This document shows positions 12,680-24,859 of a DNA stretch of 64,000 bases, piece after piece. The position numbers and the translations under genes are program-made. The notes beneath the pieces are model-generated. The model saw nothing but the letters and a program-made list of their open reading frames with translations. It did not search any database and was not told the DNA's origin. This DNA comes from Octopus sinensis (taxonomy: Eukaryota): contig NC_043004.1 of assembly GCF_006345805.1 (NCBI RefSeq), positions 26,598,001-26,662,000 of the forward strand. Reading direction: 5' to 3'. Within the stretch, counting starts at the first letter, position 1, and each line of letters begins with the position of its first letter.

Positions 12680-14810
12680 TCTATCCATATGGTATATTTA
12701 TATTCGACATTTTAAATTTAGCCGCGTGCCTACATAAGTTCATTACTCACTTCTTTGATTCAAAGAATTATTGTCTTTGAATAATATATGCATTTTTTCT
12801 AATAAGCAAAGCTTGCACTTGAAATTATATTTGTAAGCTCCATGCCTGTATGGTGCCGCCCTGTCCAGAATGCTCCATGTCACGTTGAAAGGTGGGGCTT
12901 CTTTTCTTTTAGTTCCCAGACATATTTTGCTAGGCTGGTTTTCTTCCTATTCTCTGGGTATTTAAAAAATTCTTATGAGAATAAAATCTTGTTTTAAATG
13001 AATTTTCTGAAGCCCCTGTGTATGTCTTGTATTCCGATGAGCCTTCCACTTGCACCTTGGCTCTATAAACTACTCCTTTCACTAGACATTCCCTTCTAAC
13101 GGACAGGAGCTTTCGTTTTTGCAATTACATTTCTAATGGGCTCGGCACCATGTCTAATCTCAATTAGCTTCCTATTATGTTGGCTAATGTAAGAGGCGAA
13201 ATTTCTGCAACAAGAATAGCTAACCTTCAGGGTTCTTCTATTAAATATTCTGTAGAATTTATGACCCTGCTTAAAATGCTTAGAGACTAATCTCAAAAAT
13301 TCCTTACCTATATTAGTCTTTACGGCCAAATTGAAAGCCGGGTTGAACCACAAAACTTTCCTGGTCCTAGTTCTTCGTGCAGCATTATTATTAGCATTAA
13401 GCTGGTTGAACTGGATCTTCTCCGAGAATTCCACTATTCTTTAATGCGCTATCGTAATAAGGTGCAGCATTATGGAATGCTGCCTCGTCCGAAGAAATTG
13501 AAGATATTCTTCTACCTACATTGCTGACTAAGTTGCTAAGGATAACTGGTGGATGGTTCGAATCTTTGCTAATATACGATAGCTTTTCATTGGGCTTACG
13601 GAAAGGTTTAAATCTATCCGATCTATACATTAAAATTTACGTCAAAAAATCTACACTATTCAGGTTAGTATCTATCGTAATCCGTAAGCCCATCCTTTGA
13701 AAGAAAGCTATAAGGTCCTTCCTAAGTCTATCTGATCATGGCCGTTTAGATTATGCGTGGCTATAAGGCCGTCATCCCTATATAGACCTGCATCTATAAA
13801 TGGGAATTCTATTTTTAGATTATGGAGAATAAAGGCTCCTATGAGCATACATAATTCAGCCCCGTCGTATGCTCCCATCGGTACATCGAAAAGAGAATCC
13901 TCAGTCTTCTTAATCCAGGTGGAATCCTCGAAAAACAGAGCGATTTCCTCGCATGCATAATAATTTCAATTTCCGAGCTATCGATGTGACATACTGCTTG
14001 GCGAAGTCCAATGCCCTTAGGAGCAACGTCCTAGATATCGACGGGTAAAAGTCAATAATGTCGAATTGTGTGAAACTACAATTATTCTTATAGCTAATAC
14101 CTTTAAACCACTCTATAACTGACTTACTATTCTTCCAAATTCTCAAGTCTACTTCACTATCTAACTTAACTAAAATACGGTCCAAAATATTTTTGCTAAT
14201 AATTCCTATCTCAGTTTTAGCCGGATTTATCAACCTACATTTGGGGTTTCTACTAAAATTGTCTTTATGGTCTTTCAGAGTAATAAAAGCTGGTCGTGGT
14301 GAAAGGTATTCAATCCTATCGCTAATCTTAAGATCGTTAGCTATTCCTCTTGCTTCTAAGTTCACCTCTTTGTATATATTCGTGTTGTCTTTTTTGTATG
14401 TGTCCGTGACACTATTCGAAATCAGGCGTTTATAAACGTCCTTATCAAGTGCATATAAGTTCCTTGTCTTGTCAGAATTAACGAAGATCTTATTCGAGTC
14501 GTTAATCTCCTTAATTTTTTCTCTCATGTTTTTTTGCAATTGGTTGGTAAATTTGCGGAATTTAATTTTCCTAATAGTCTCGAAAAGGTCTTTCTCGAAG
14601 GCTTCTAATTCCGGAATCGGTGGCGGGTTTCTGGGAGATTTAAATCCATATTTGTTACCTTCTATTTTCTGTTTATTATCAAAGAAGAAGGCTTTCCATC
14701 TCAGTCTTCTAATAACTCTTCTCTTTCGTTTTCTCTATAAGACCTTTGATATATTGTTTCTGTGCAGGGATAGGTATATTTTTCTGAGAAAAATCCAGCG
14801 GGTAAAGTTC
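12680..14810 (-). pseudogene. PLE RT + GIY-YIG ORF, unit 1, with many single-base indels
   Basis: ORF fragments 13910-14539, 13397-13630, 13096-13434 and 12930-13124 match the unit 2 protein piecewise. Confidence 0.9.
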
Positions 14811-14982
14811 CATCTTTTTCAGCTGTTTGTTCTTCCTACTTGTGCAGAGTCGCTCAAACTTTTACAAGGAGCGGGTTAGACCGAGTAAACACATAAATGT
14901 GAAACAAGGTGGAAAAAGAGTACTCAAATACCAGTGGTAGAGTAATATGCTTTATTTTAAGCAGCAGAAAATTCAACAAAAT

Positions 14983-15020
14983 CTGTTACTCTGAGTTTCT
15001 CGTTGCCGTTCATCAGACAG
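14983..15020 (-). ncRNA. Type I minimal HHR at the unit 1/2 junction
   Basis: CTGT-CTGATGA-A-CG-GCAA-CG-A-GAA-ACTC-A-GAGT-A-ACAG. It has a canonical core, a 2-bp stem II with GNRA loop, a near-palindromic stem III and a GUA triplet. Confidence 0.8.
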
Positions 15021-16038
15021 TTTTTGCTAGAATGGAACATATATATAATTCAATCTATACTCTTACAAACGCTACACCTTTAAAAAGAAATGGACTTGTT
15101 TGATTGGCCCTTTAGAAAAAACGGTCAATCTTCGAGCGATAAACAAAAAGTCAAAAATATATGTATATATATATAAAAAAACTTATAAAATTAATAAAAT
15201 TATAAAATCCGAGGAAAAAACCGAGGAAAAAACCTATTGCCGTTAATGAAGACAGTACAAATTAATGCATAGAAATTAAACCTGTTATAAATACTGCAAT
15301 ACATATTTATATTAAAATCTACATATATATATATCAACATACACAAAAGGATGCGCGTAAACGCCATACATACATATACAGACGTATGAATATGAATCTA
15401 AATTATACACATAAAAGCATGTGTACATATATTCACGCAAACCGTCTCGCACGCAAGCTAAAATTCATCTATGTAGCAATTCTCATATACTGAGCAAGGA
15501 GGGGGAACGAAAGAAAGGGAAAGAGAGAAAAAGGAACGAAGAGGGGTGGGGGGGAAACTTGTAGCGATGTTATTGGCATCTATAGAGGCCAGTATACATA
15601 CACAAGTTTGAATTGATACATATACATACATACCGTCGTGTGTACGTGCTTAAGCACAAGCATACTTTCACTTACACATACACAGATACGCATGCTTACA
15701 AATACATATGCTTTGCTATACACAAACTTATATAAACATTCTAATTTTGACAACATTGCTTTTTTTAAAAAAACATTGCTTTTAAAAAAATGGGTGCATT
15801 AATAAAAATATATACGAAAGACATATAAAATAAAATATAACATCCTATTTTGGGTCATTTATAAATAATCAAGGTAATATAAATAATCAAGGTAATCCTA
15901 TGCAATACAATAACATGAAAACAAAGTTTGTAGGTTTTTCCTAATATATATGTAGAAACAATAAGACTTTGCTATAGATCCGTCGTAGCGCTTAAGAGTC
16001 AAAATCAAAATCAAAAATCAAAATACAAAATATATACT

Positions 16039-18171
16039 CTATCCATATGGTATATTTATATTCGACATTTTAAATTTAGCCGCGTGCCTACATAAGTTCA
16101 TTAACTCACTTCTTTGATTCAAAGAATTATTGTCTTTGAATAATATGTGCATTTTTTCTAATAAGCAAAGCTTGCACTTGAAATTATATTTGTAAGCTCC
16201 ATGCCTGTATGGTGCCGCCCTGTCCAGAATGCTCCATGTCACGTTGAAAGGTGGGGCTTCCTTTTCTTTTAGTTCCCAGACATATTTTGCTAGGCTGGTT
16301 TTCTTCCTATTCTCTGGTATTTAAAAGAATTCTTATGAGAATAAAATCTTGTTTTAAATGAATTTTCTGAAGCCCCTGTGTATGTCTTGTATTCCGATGA
16401 GCCTTCCACTTGCACCTTGGCTCTATAAACTACTCCTTTCACTAGACATTTCCCTTCTAACGGACAGGAGCTTTCGTTTTTGCAATTACATTTCTTAATG
16501 GGCTCGGCACCATGTCTAATCTCAATTAGCTTCCTATTATGTTGGCTAATGTAAGAGGCGAAATTTCTGCAACAAGAATAGCTAACCTTCAGGGTTCTTC
16601 TATTAAATATTCTGTAGAATTTATGACCCTGCTTAAAATGCTTAGAGACTAATCTCAAAAATTCCTTACCTATATTAGTCTTTACGGCCAAATTGAAAGC
16701 CGGGTTGAACCACAAAACTTTCCTGGTCCTAGTTCTTCGTGCAGCATTATTATTAGCATTAAGCTGGTTGAACTGGATCTTCTCCGAGAATCCACTATTC
16801 TTTAATGCGCTATCGTAATAAGGTGCAGCATTATGGAATGCTGCCTCGTCCGAAGAAATTGAAGATATTCTTCTACCTACATTGCTGACTAAGTTGCTAA
16901 GGATAACTGGTGGATGGTTCGAATCTTTGCTAATATACGATAGCTTTTCATTGGGCTTACGGAAAGGTTTAAATCTATCCGATCTTACATTAAAATTTAC
17001 GTCTAAAAAATCTACACTATTCAGGTTAGTATCTATCGTAATCCGTAAGCCCATCCTTTGAAAGAAAGCTATAAGGTCCTTCCTAAGTCTATCTGATTCA
17101 TGGCCGTTTAGATTATGCGTGGCTATAAGGCCGTCATCCCTATATAGACCTGCATCTATAAATGGGAATTCTATTTTTAGATTATGGAGAATAAAGGCTC
17201 CTATGAGCATACATAATTCAGCCCCGTCGTATGCCCCCATCGGTACATCGAAAAGAGAATCCTCAGTCTTCTTAATCCAGGTGGAATCCTCGAAAAACAG
17301 AAGCGATTTCCTCGCATGCATAATAATTTCAATTTCCGAGCTATCGATGTTGACATACTGCTTGGCGAAGTCCAATGCCCTTAGGAGCAACGTCCTAGAT
17401 ATCGACGGGTAAAAGTCAATAATGTCGAATTGTGTGAAACTACAATTATTCTTATAGCTAATACCTTTAAACCACTCTATAACTGACTTACTATTCTTCC
17501 AAATTCTCAAGTCTACTTCACTATCTAACTTAACTAAAATACGGTCCAAAATATTTTTGCTAATAATTCCTATCTCAGTTTTAGCCGGATTTATCAATCT
17601 ACATTTGGGGTTTCTACTAAAATTGTCTTTATGGTCTTTCAGAGTAATAAAAGCTGGTCGTGGTGAAAGGTATTCAATCCTATCGCTAATCTTAAGATCG
17701 TTAGCTATTCCTCTTGCTTCTAAGTTCACCTCTTTGTATATATTCGTGTTGTCTTTTTTGTATGTGTCCGTGACACTATTCGAAATCAGGCGTTTATAAA
17801 CGTCCTTATCAAGTGCATATAAGTTCCTTGTCTTGTCAGAATTAACGAAGATCTTATTCGAGTCGTTAATCTCCTTAATTTTTTCTCTCATGTTTTTTTG
17901 CAATTGGTTGGTAAATTTGCGGAATTTAATTTTCCTAATATCTCGAAAAGGTCTTTCTCGAAGGCTTCTAATTCCGGAATCGGTGGCGGTTTCTGGGAGA
18001 TTTAAATCCATATTTGTTACCTTCTATTTTCTGTTTATTATCAAAGAAGAAGGCTTTCCATCTCAGTCTTCTAATAAACTCTTCCGTTTTCTCTATAAGA
18101 CCTTTGATATATTGTTTCTGTGCAGGGATAGGTATATTTTTCTGAGAAAAATCCAGCGGGTAAAGTTCCAT
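16039..18171 (-). CDS. PLE polyprotein (RT + C-terminal GIY-YIG endonuclease), ~710 aa once corrected by the sister copies; tentatively Hydra-clade-like
   Basis: RT motifs: FTQFDIIDFYPSI, FDVPMGAYDGAE, GLYRDDG. Linker: CNCKNESSCPLEGKC. EN: VVYRA..KTYTG. C-terminus: CKLCLLEK..LNQRSE..CRH. Frameshifts near 17945-17990 and 16315 are each corrected in another unit. Confidence 0.9.
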
Positions 18172-18341
18172 CTTTTTCAGCTGTTTGTTCTTCCTACTTG
18201 TGCAGAGTCGCTCAAACTTTTACAAGGAGCGGGTTAGACCGGAGTAAACACATAAATGTGAAACAAGGTGGAAAAAAAGTACTCAAATACCAGTGGTAGA
18301 GTAATATGCTTTATTTTAAGCAGCAGAAAATTCAACAAAAT

Positions 18342-18379
18342 CTGTTACTCTGAGTTTCTCGTTGCCGTTCATCAGACAG
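18342..18379 (-). ncRNA. Type I minimal HHR at the unit 2/3 junction
   Basis: Identical to 14983-15020. It lies about 175 nt upstream of the unit 2 ATG (18171). Confidence 0.8.
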
Positions 18380-19397
18380 TTTTTGCTAGAATGGAACATA
18401 TATATTAATTCAATCTATACTCTTACAAACGCTACACCTTTAAAAAGAAATGGACTTGTTTGATTGGCCCTTTAGAAAAAACGGTCAATCTTCGAGCGAT
18501 AAACAAAAAGGTCAAAAATATATGTATTATATATAAAAAAACTTATAAAAATTATAAAAATATAAAATCCGAGGAAAAAACGAGGAAAAAACCTATTGCC
18601 GTTAATGAAGACAGTACAAATTAATGCATAGAAATTAAACCTGTTATAAATACTGCAATACATATTTATATTAAAATCTACATATATATATCAACATACA
18701 CAAAAGGATGCGCGTAAACGCCATACATACATATACAGACGTATGAATATGAATCTAAATTATACACATAAAAGCATGTGTACATATATTCACGCAAACC
18801 GTCTCGCACGCAAGCTAAAATTCATCTATGTAGCAATTCTCATATACTGAGCAAGGAGGGGGAACGAAAGAAAGGGAAAGAGAGAAAAAGGAACGAAAGA
18901 GGGGTGGGGGGGGGAAACTTGTAGCGATGTTATTGGCATCTATAGAGGCCAGTATACATACACAAGTTTGAATTGATACATATACATACCGTCGTGTGTA
19001 TGCGTGCTTAAGCACAAGCATACTTTCACTTACACATACACAGATACGCATGCTTACAAATACATATGCTTTGCTATACACAAACTTATATAAACATTCT
19101 AAATTTGACAACATTGCTTTTTTTAAAAAAACATTGCTTTTAAAAAAAATGGGTGCATTAATAAAAATATATACGAAAGACATATAAAATAAAATATAAC
19201 ATCCTATTTTGGGTCATTTATAAATAATCAAGGTAATATAAATAATCAAGGTAATCCTATGCAATACAATAACATGAAAACAAAGTTTGTAGGTTTTTCC
19301 TAATATATATGTAGAAACAATAAGACTTTGCTATAGATCCGTCGTAGCGCTCAAGAGTCAAAATCAAAATCAAAAATCAAAATACAAAATATATACT

Positions 19398-20186
19398 CTA
19401 TCCATATGGTATATTTATATTCGACATTTTAAATTTAGCCGCGTGCCTACATAAGTTCATTAACTCACTTCTTTGATTCAAAGAATTATTGTCTTTGAAT
19501 AATATGTGCATTTTTTCTAATAAGCAAAGCTTGCACTTGAAATTATATTTGTAAGCTCCATGCCTGTATGGTGCCGCCCTGTCCAGAATGCTCCATGTCA
19601 CGTTGAAAGGTGGGGCTTCCTTTTCTTTTAGTTCCCAGACATATTTTGCTAGGCTGGTTTTCTTCCTATTCTCTGGGTATTTAAAAGAATTCTTATGAGA
19701 ATAAAATCTTGTTTTAAATGAATTTTCTGAAGCCCCTGTGTATGTCTTGTATTCCGATGAGCCTTCCACTTGCACCTTGGTTCTATAACTACTCCTTTCA
19801 CTAGACATTTCCCTTCTAACGGACAGGAGCTTTCGTTTTTGAAATTACATTTCTTAATGGGCTCGGCACCATGTCTAATCTCAATTAGCTTCCTATTATG
19901 TTGGCTAATGTAAGAGGCGAAATTTCTGCAACAAGAATAGCTAACCTTCAGGGTTCTTCTATTAAATATTCTGTAGAATTTATGACCCTGCTTAAAATGC
20001 TTAGAGACTAATCTCAAAAATTCCTTACCTATATTAGTCTTTACGGCCAAATTGAAAGCCGGGTTGAACCACAAAACTTTCCTGGTCCTAGTTCTTCGTG
20101 CGGCATTATTATTAGCATTAAGCTGGTTGAACTGAATCTTCTCCGAGAATCCACTATTCTTTAATGCGCTATCGTAATAAGGTGCA
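19398..20186 (-). pseudogene. 5'-truncated third unit: end of RT region plus GIY-YIG
   Basis: ORFs 19649-20272 and 19398-19808 match unit 2. Homology stops at APYYDS, at the TA-repeat junction (20186). Confidence 0.9.
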
Positions 20187-20221
20187 TATATATATACGTA
20201 CATATACATACATACATATAG

Positions 20222-21470
20222 TAGGCATCCATCAGTCTTGAGAAGCCATGGATCTGCCCCCAAAGAAACCATGTTAACTGCTGATGGTGGTACAGCATCT
20301 ATTGTGACTGCACAGGCTCACACAGGTGTGGCAGTCATGCATACAGCAACTGCATTTGAAAATCAGTAGCACTCTGCTGGTGCCACTGATTTTTCGTTCC
20401 ATTGAGTGCGCCTTCTTTGATGGTGAGTTCCTGTTTTTCTTCTGCCCTCTTCATTCCCTTTTGCAGTATTTGCCTCCAGTGTAGGCGATTATTTGCAACC
20501 TCCTTTCGTCTTAGGACATCCAAATCAAGCAACTTCATATTCCTCTTACAGATGTCTTTGAAACGAAGATGAGGTTGTCCTTGTGCTCTTCTGCCAGTGA
20601 CCATTTCCCCATATAGAAGGTCTTTTGGGATCCTTCCATCTGACCTGTGATGAACATGACTGAGCCAGCATAAACGATTCTACTAGAGCAAGATGTATAT
20701 GCTGGGTATCTTGGGGCTTGGTTGAGGACTTCAGTGTTTGTGATGTGGTCAGTCCGCTTGATGTCCAAGATGCGCCTCATATTATGAAGGTGAAAGACAT
20801 TCAGATGCTACTCCTGCCTCACTGCCATAAAGTAGCTTATTGAGGATGCACACCTTACAGACACCAATTTTAGTGTTTGCAGCCAGTTTGTTTGCTTTTC
20901 CAGACTCTCTTTGTGAACCTGGAAAATGTGGAGGATGTTTGTCCGATTTGCCTGTTGATCTCAGGGTCCAGGGTGAGGTCACCAGAGATGGTAGAGCTGA
21001 GATAGGTGAATTGCAGGAATGCCTCCAGCTTGTAGTTGTTGATGAGGATGGTGGTGGGGTGCTTGACACTTTGACCCATTACTCGGGTCTACTTCAGACT
21101 GATAGTCAGGTTGAATTCCTGACGGGCCTTTGAAAGTTTGTCCATGAGGTGCTACATTTACTCTTCAGAGTGCACTATCAGTGCTGCATCATCTGCAAAC
21201 AGCATTTCTTTGATGAGTACCTGGCACGCTTTGGATTTTACTTTCAGCCTCGACAGACTAAACAATTTGCTGCTTGATCTGGTGTGGAGGTAAACACCAT
21301 CAGTTGATGTCCCAAATGCATGTTTCAGTATGACTGCAAAGAAGAAGCCAAATAGGGTGGGTGGGGGGCAAGCACACAACCCTGCTTTACGCCACTATGT
21401 ACATTGAATGCCTCTGAAAAAGAGCCATCAAATTGAACGATACCTTTCATGTCCGTGTGAATCATGTAAT
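20222..21470 (-). mobile_element. RTE (BovB-like) LINE, degenerate 3' RT portion and 3' end
   Basis: Peptides SGVKQGCVLAP, GVYLHTRSSSKLFSLSRLK, EMLFADDAALIVHSEE, ILNKLLYGSE and RRAQGQPHLRFKDICKR. The 3' end runs into a (TATG)/(TA) tail. Confidence 0.85.
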
Positions 21471-21474
21471 AGAA

Positions 21475-21865
21475 CACTGTCGGCTGGATATTGTCATATC
21501 GAATAAGAGAGACAAATACTGTCAGATAATTGATGCAGCCATACCAAATGACATGAATATTGTGAATAAAGAGGTTGGAAAAATCACCAAGTACTCCGAA
21601 TTGAAAGTGGAAATGGCAAGACTGTATGCAATGCAAGAGGGTAATGTAAAAGTGATACCAGTGGTGAACGGAGCATTGGGCTCAATCCCATTGAAACTTC
21701 TTAAGGCAACTGGAAATCCCATGCAAGATTGATGTCTTGCAAAAAGCAGCTTTATTGGACACAGCGCACATCTTAAAGAAAGTATTATCTGTCTGAGGTC
21801 CTTGTTGTGACTTGACAGATGTCTAAAGACTCCGGTGCATTTTTACCTACACTGTGTTAAGAAGG
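21475..21865 (+). mobile_element. 3' end of a restriction-like-endonuclease (RLE) non-LTR element (R4/Dong/NeSL-like)
   Basis: RLDIVISNKRDKYCQIIDAAIPND..KITKYSELK..VIPVVNGALG, then LQKAALLDTAHILKKVL, followed directly by a (TAA)n tract. Confidence 0.8.
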
Positions 21866-21867
21866 AA

Positions 21868-21953
21868 TAATAATAATAATAATAACAATAATAATAATAA
21901 TAATAATAATAATAGTAATAGTAATAATAATAATGATAATAATAATAATAATA

Positions 21954-21998
<45 letters not shown>

Positions 21999-22024
21999 GT
22001 AATAATAATAATATAATAATAATA

Positions 22025-22063
<39 letters not shown>

Positions 22064-22065
22064 TA

Positions 22066-22096
<31 letters not shown>

Positions 22097-22115
22097 TATA
22101 ATAATATAATAATAA
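21868..22115. repeat. (TAA)n microsatellite, tail or target of the RLE element
   Basis: Read directly from the sequence. Confidence 0.95.
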
Positions 22116-22261
22116 TATTGAGTTTGGTTTAATGGCCTACAAATGTATACTATGAGTTTCTTTGCCCTAGGAGTCGGGAAGACACTCGGCAAGAAATGGA
22201 AGCAAATTTGAAAGAAGAAAAAAAAGTAATAATAATAGTAATAATAATAATAATTATAATA

Positions 22262-22475
22262 ATCTTTTCTACTATAAGCACAAGGCCTAGAATTGATGGG
22301 GTGGGGAGTAGTCAATTAGATCGACCCCAGTGTTTCACTGTTACTTAATTTATCAACCCTGAAAGGATGTAAAGCAAAGTCAACCTCGGCGGAATTTGAA
22401 CTCAGAACATAGCAATGTGTGAAATACCATTAAATATTTTGTTTAGTGTGCTAGTGATTCTGCCAGCCCACCACC
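22262..22475 (-). mobile_element. tRNA-derived SINE, family 1, with an (ATT)n tail
   Basis: Homologous to 3075-3228 and 25915-26148. Confidence 0.75.
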
Positions 22476-22810
22476 TTAATAATGATAATGATAATAACAA
22501 TAATAATGACGATGATGATGAGAAATGATGACAATGATAGAGAGGATGATAACAATGATGACAATAAAAATAATAATAATAATCATAAGGTCTATTGACA
22601 TCTGATATAATAAAAAAAGAAATCATTGTCATCATTATGAACATAGCGTTATTCCAATAGTTTCCCTGAGTTCTATAGGTTAACTAGAGTTTTTTTTATT
22701 GATTTATCATTCATGAACAGGTATGTAGATAGTTGGGTTAGAGTTAAGAAGGGTAGTAGATAGTGGGAAGTTAGTGAGATGTGCATATGTGTATGTGCAT
22801 TAATGTAAGG

Positions 22811-22864
<54 letters not shown>

Positions 22865-22874
<10 letters not shown>

Positions 22875-23345
22875 ATACTTGGAAAAGGATGCGTGGCGTT
22901 CGATCATAAAATAATAAAAATAATATATAAATATATGCATATATACATACAATGAAAGAACAGTATGCAAGACATACAACACAAAGAATATTCTCCTTCT
23001 TCAGTTTTTACTTGTATTGTTTTTACTGTCTTGTTTTGTTCTTACTGTCCTGTTCTTGTTACCACTTTTACCCCTCTGCAAAAACACCAAATTTTATTTA
23101 ATTTGCTTTGCGGGAAGGACTGTTTCAACAAAGTCACATCTTGTCCTTACCTTCGGAATGCAGAGTAGACAAAACAGGGACAACTGAAGAAGGGGAATTT
23201 TCCTTGTGTTGTATGTCTTGTGTACTATGTCCTTTCGTTGTTTGAAAAAAAAGTTCGTTTCCATGTTTTTATTTTTATGTTTTCGTTTCTCATTGTGTTC
23301 AACGTTTTTTTGATGTCCTGTACCCATATATGCATGTATATATAC
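22865..23345. mobile_element. Inverted-arm repeat (family G), probably a PLE pseudo-LTR remnant
   Basis: CAAGACATACAACACAAAGAATATTCTCCTTCTTCAG (~22966-23002) is inverted relative to ~23186-23222. The sequence is homologous to 35172-35625 and flanked by microsatellites. Confidence 0.6.
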
Positions 23346-23399
23346 ATATATGTATGTATATATGCATATATATATATATATAATATATATATATATATG

Positions 23400-23431
<32 letters not shown>

Positions 23432-23480
23432 TTATATATATATATATATGTATATATGTATATGTATATATATATATGTG

Positions 23481-23806
23481 AAGGCGCATGGCTCAGTGGT
23501 TAGAGCGTCGAGCTTACGATCGTGAGGTTGTGAGCTCGAATCCCGGACCGGGCTGCGTGTTGTGTTCTTGAGCAAGGCACTTTATTTCACGTTGCTCCAG
23601 TTCACTCAGCTGTAGAAATGAGTCACTGGCGCCAAGCTGTATCGACCTTTGTCTTTCCCTTGGATAACACTGGTGGCATGGAGAGGGGAGGCTGGTATGC
23701 ATGGGCGACTACTGGCCTTCCATAAACAACCTTGCCCGGACTTGTGTCTAGGAGGGTAACTTTCTAGGTGCAATCCCATGGTCATTCGTGACCGAAGGGG
23801 GTCTAC
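23481..23806 (+). mobile_element. tRNA-derived SINE with a CORE-like central domain
   Basis: A-box TGGCTCAGTGG and B-box-like GCTCGAATCCC, then TTCTTGAGCAAGGCACTT...TTGCTCCAGTTCACTCAGCTGT. Confidence 0.75.
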
Positions 23807-24859
23807 TCTACTTAATATATATATATATATAATATATATATATATATATACACACAGACACATATTGATTAGTTACAGGATCCATTAGAATTTATGTGCA
23901 TCAACTTGTAGTGTACCAGCACTGGTTAGGTATCATAATATTGAGTTCACAGTGGTGTAAAACTACCATATACATACTTACTTGTATACATACAGGTATG
24001 TATATCTGTAAGTACCAAATCCAATACAAACTCTAGATCTGACTCAGGGTTGGTTCAAGGTGTGCCATTGGTATAAAAGATGAAACACAAATAGAGTTTA
24101 AAATTTACTACAGATTTTCAGTAGAATTTTATTGATGCATTCATAGATGACATCATAGCATAAATCCATCATCTTAAACAGGTATAAACAAGCAAGGTAA
24201 ATCTTGATGATGACTTATTCAAGAAACAGTATGATGAGTAAGTGATATTTTCAAAAGAGCATTCAAATTTATAGAGAAATCAGAAGTATAACAGACATAC
24301 AAAGAGCAGATGTCAAAGCAACCCTATCATTTCAAGCTTTATCTTAATTTGTTTATAGCTGCAGCATACTATGAAAGAGTGCTAGGAAGCAAGTGGGCTA
24401 ACCAAAACATTTCTAGGAAGGCATCTTGTCAGTTAAGTAAGATAAAGAAGCAGATCTTAGGGTGGCTGAAAGACATCAAACTGTCATCGCCATTTCAGGC
24501 TAGTATACATGCACACACATACAGACATATACACTCGTACATTCTTATACATAAGTACACAAACACACACACACACACACACAAAACACACACACAGAGA
24601 AATACTTAGGCATTTACATACGCTCACATATACACATACACACGTATACATATACACACAATCATATACATATATGTATATGAGTGGAGTGTAACAGTGA
24701 CATAGAGACTTGAAAGTCACTTTTACCTTTCCATACCATCCAAGAATTACAGAATTCTAGACTGATTTTTAATACCAATGTCAATAATACTATGTGATCT
24801 GTCTTGACCAATAACTGCTCAGTCTCCAGTAGCCATCTTGAACTTCCTTCATGTTGTCA

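Larger units (their letters stand above)
11556..20186 (-). mobile_element. Head-to-tail tandem array of PLE family A: two full ~3.36-kb units plus one 5'-truncated unit, inserted in (TA)n
   Basis: The motif ATCAGACAG recurs at 11641, 15012 and 18371 (spacings 3371 and 3359). Units are near-identical apart from small indels. Both array ends abut TA-rich microsatellite. Confidence 0.95.

Noticed and set aside
14193-18237. Plus-strand ORFs repeated in each array unit
   Set aside because: They are antisense to the PLE ORF, are broken differently between units and show no motifs.
23483-23560. tRNA gene
   Set aside because: It has A/B boxes, but it continues into a CORE-like SINE body and has no proper acceptor stem.
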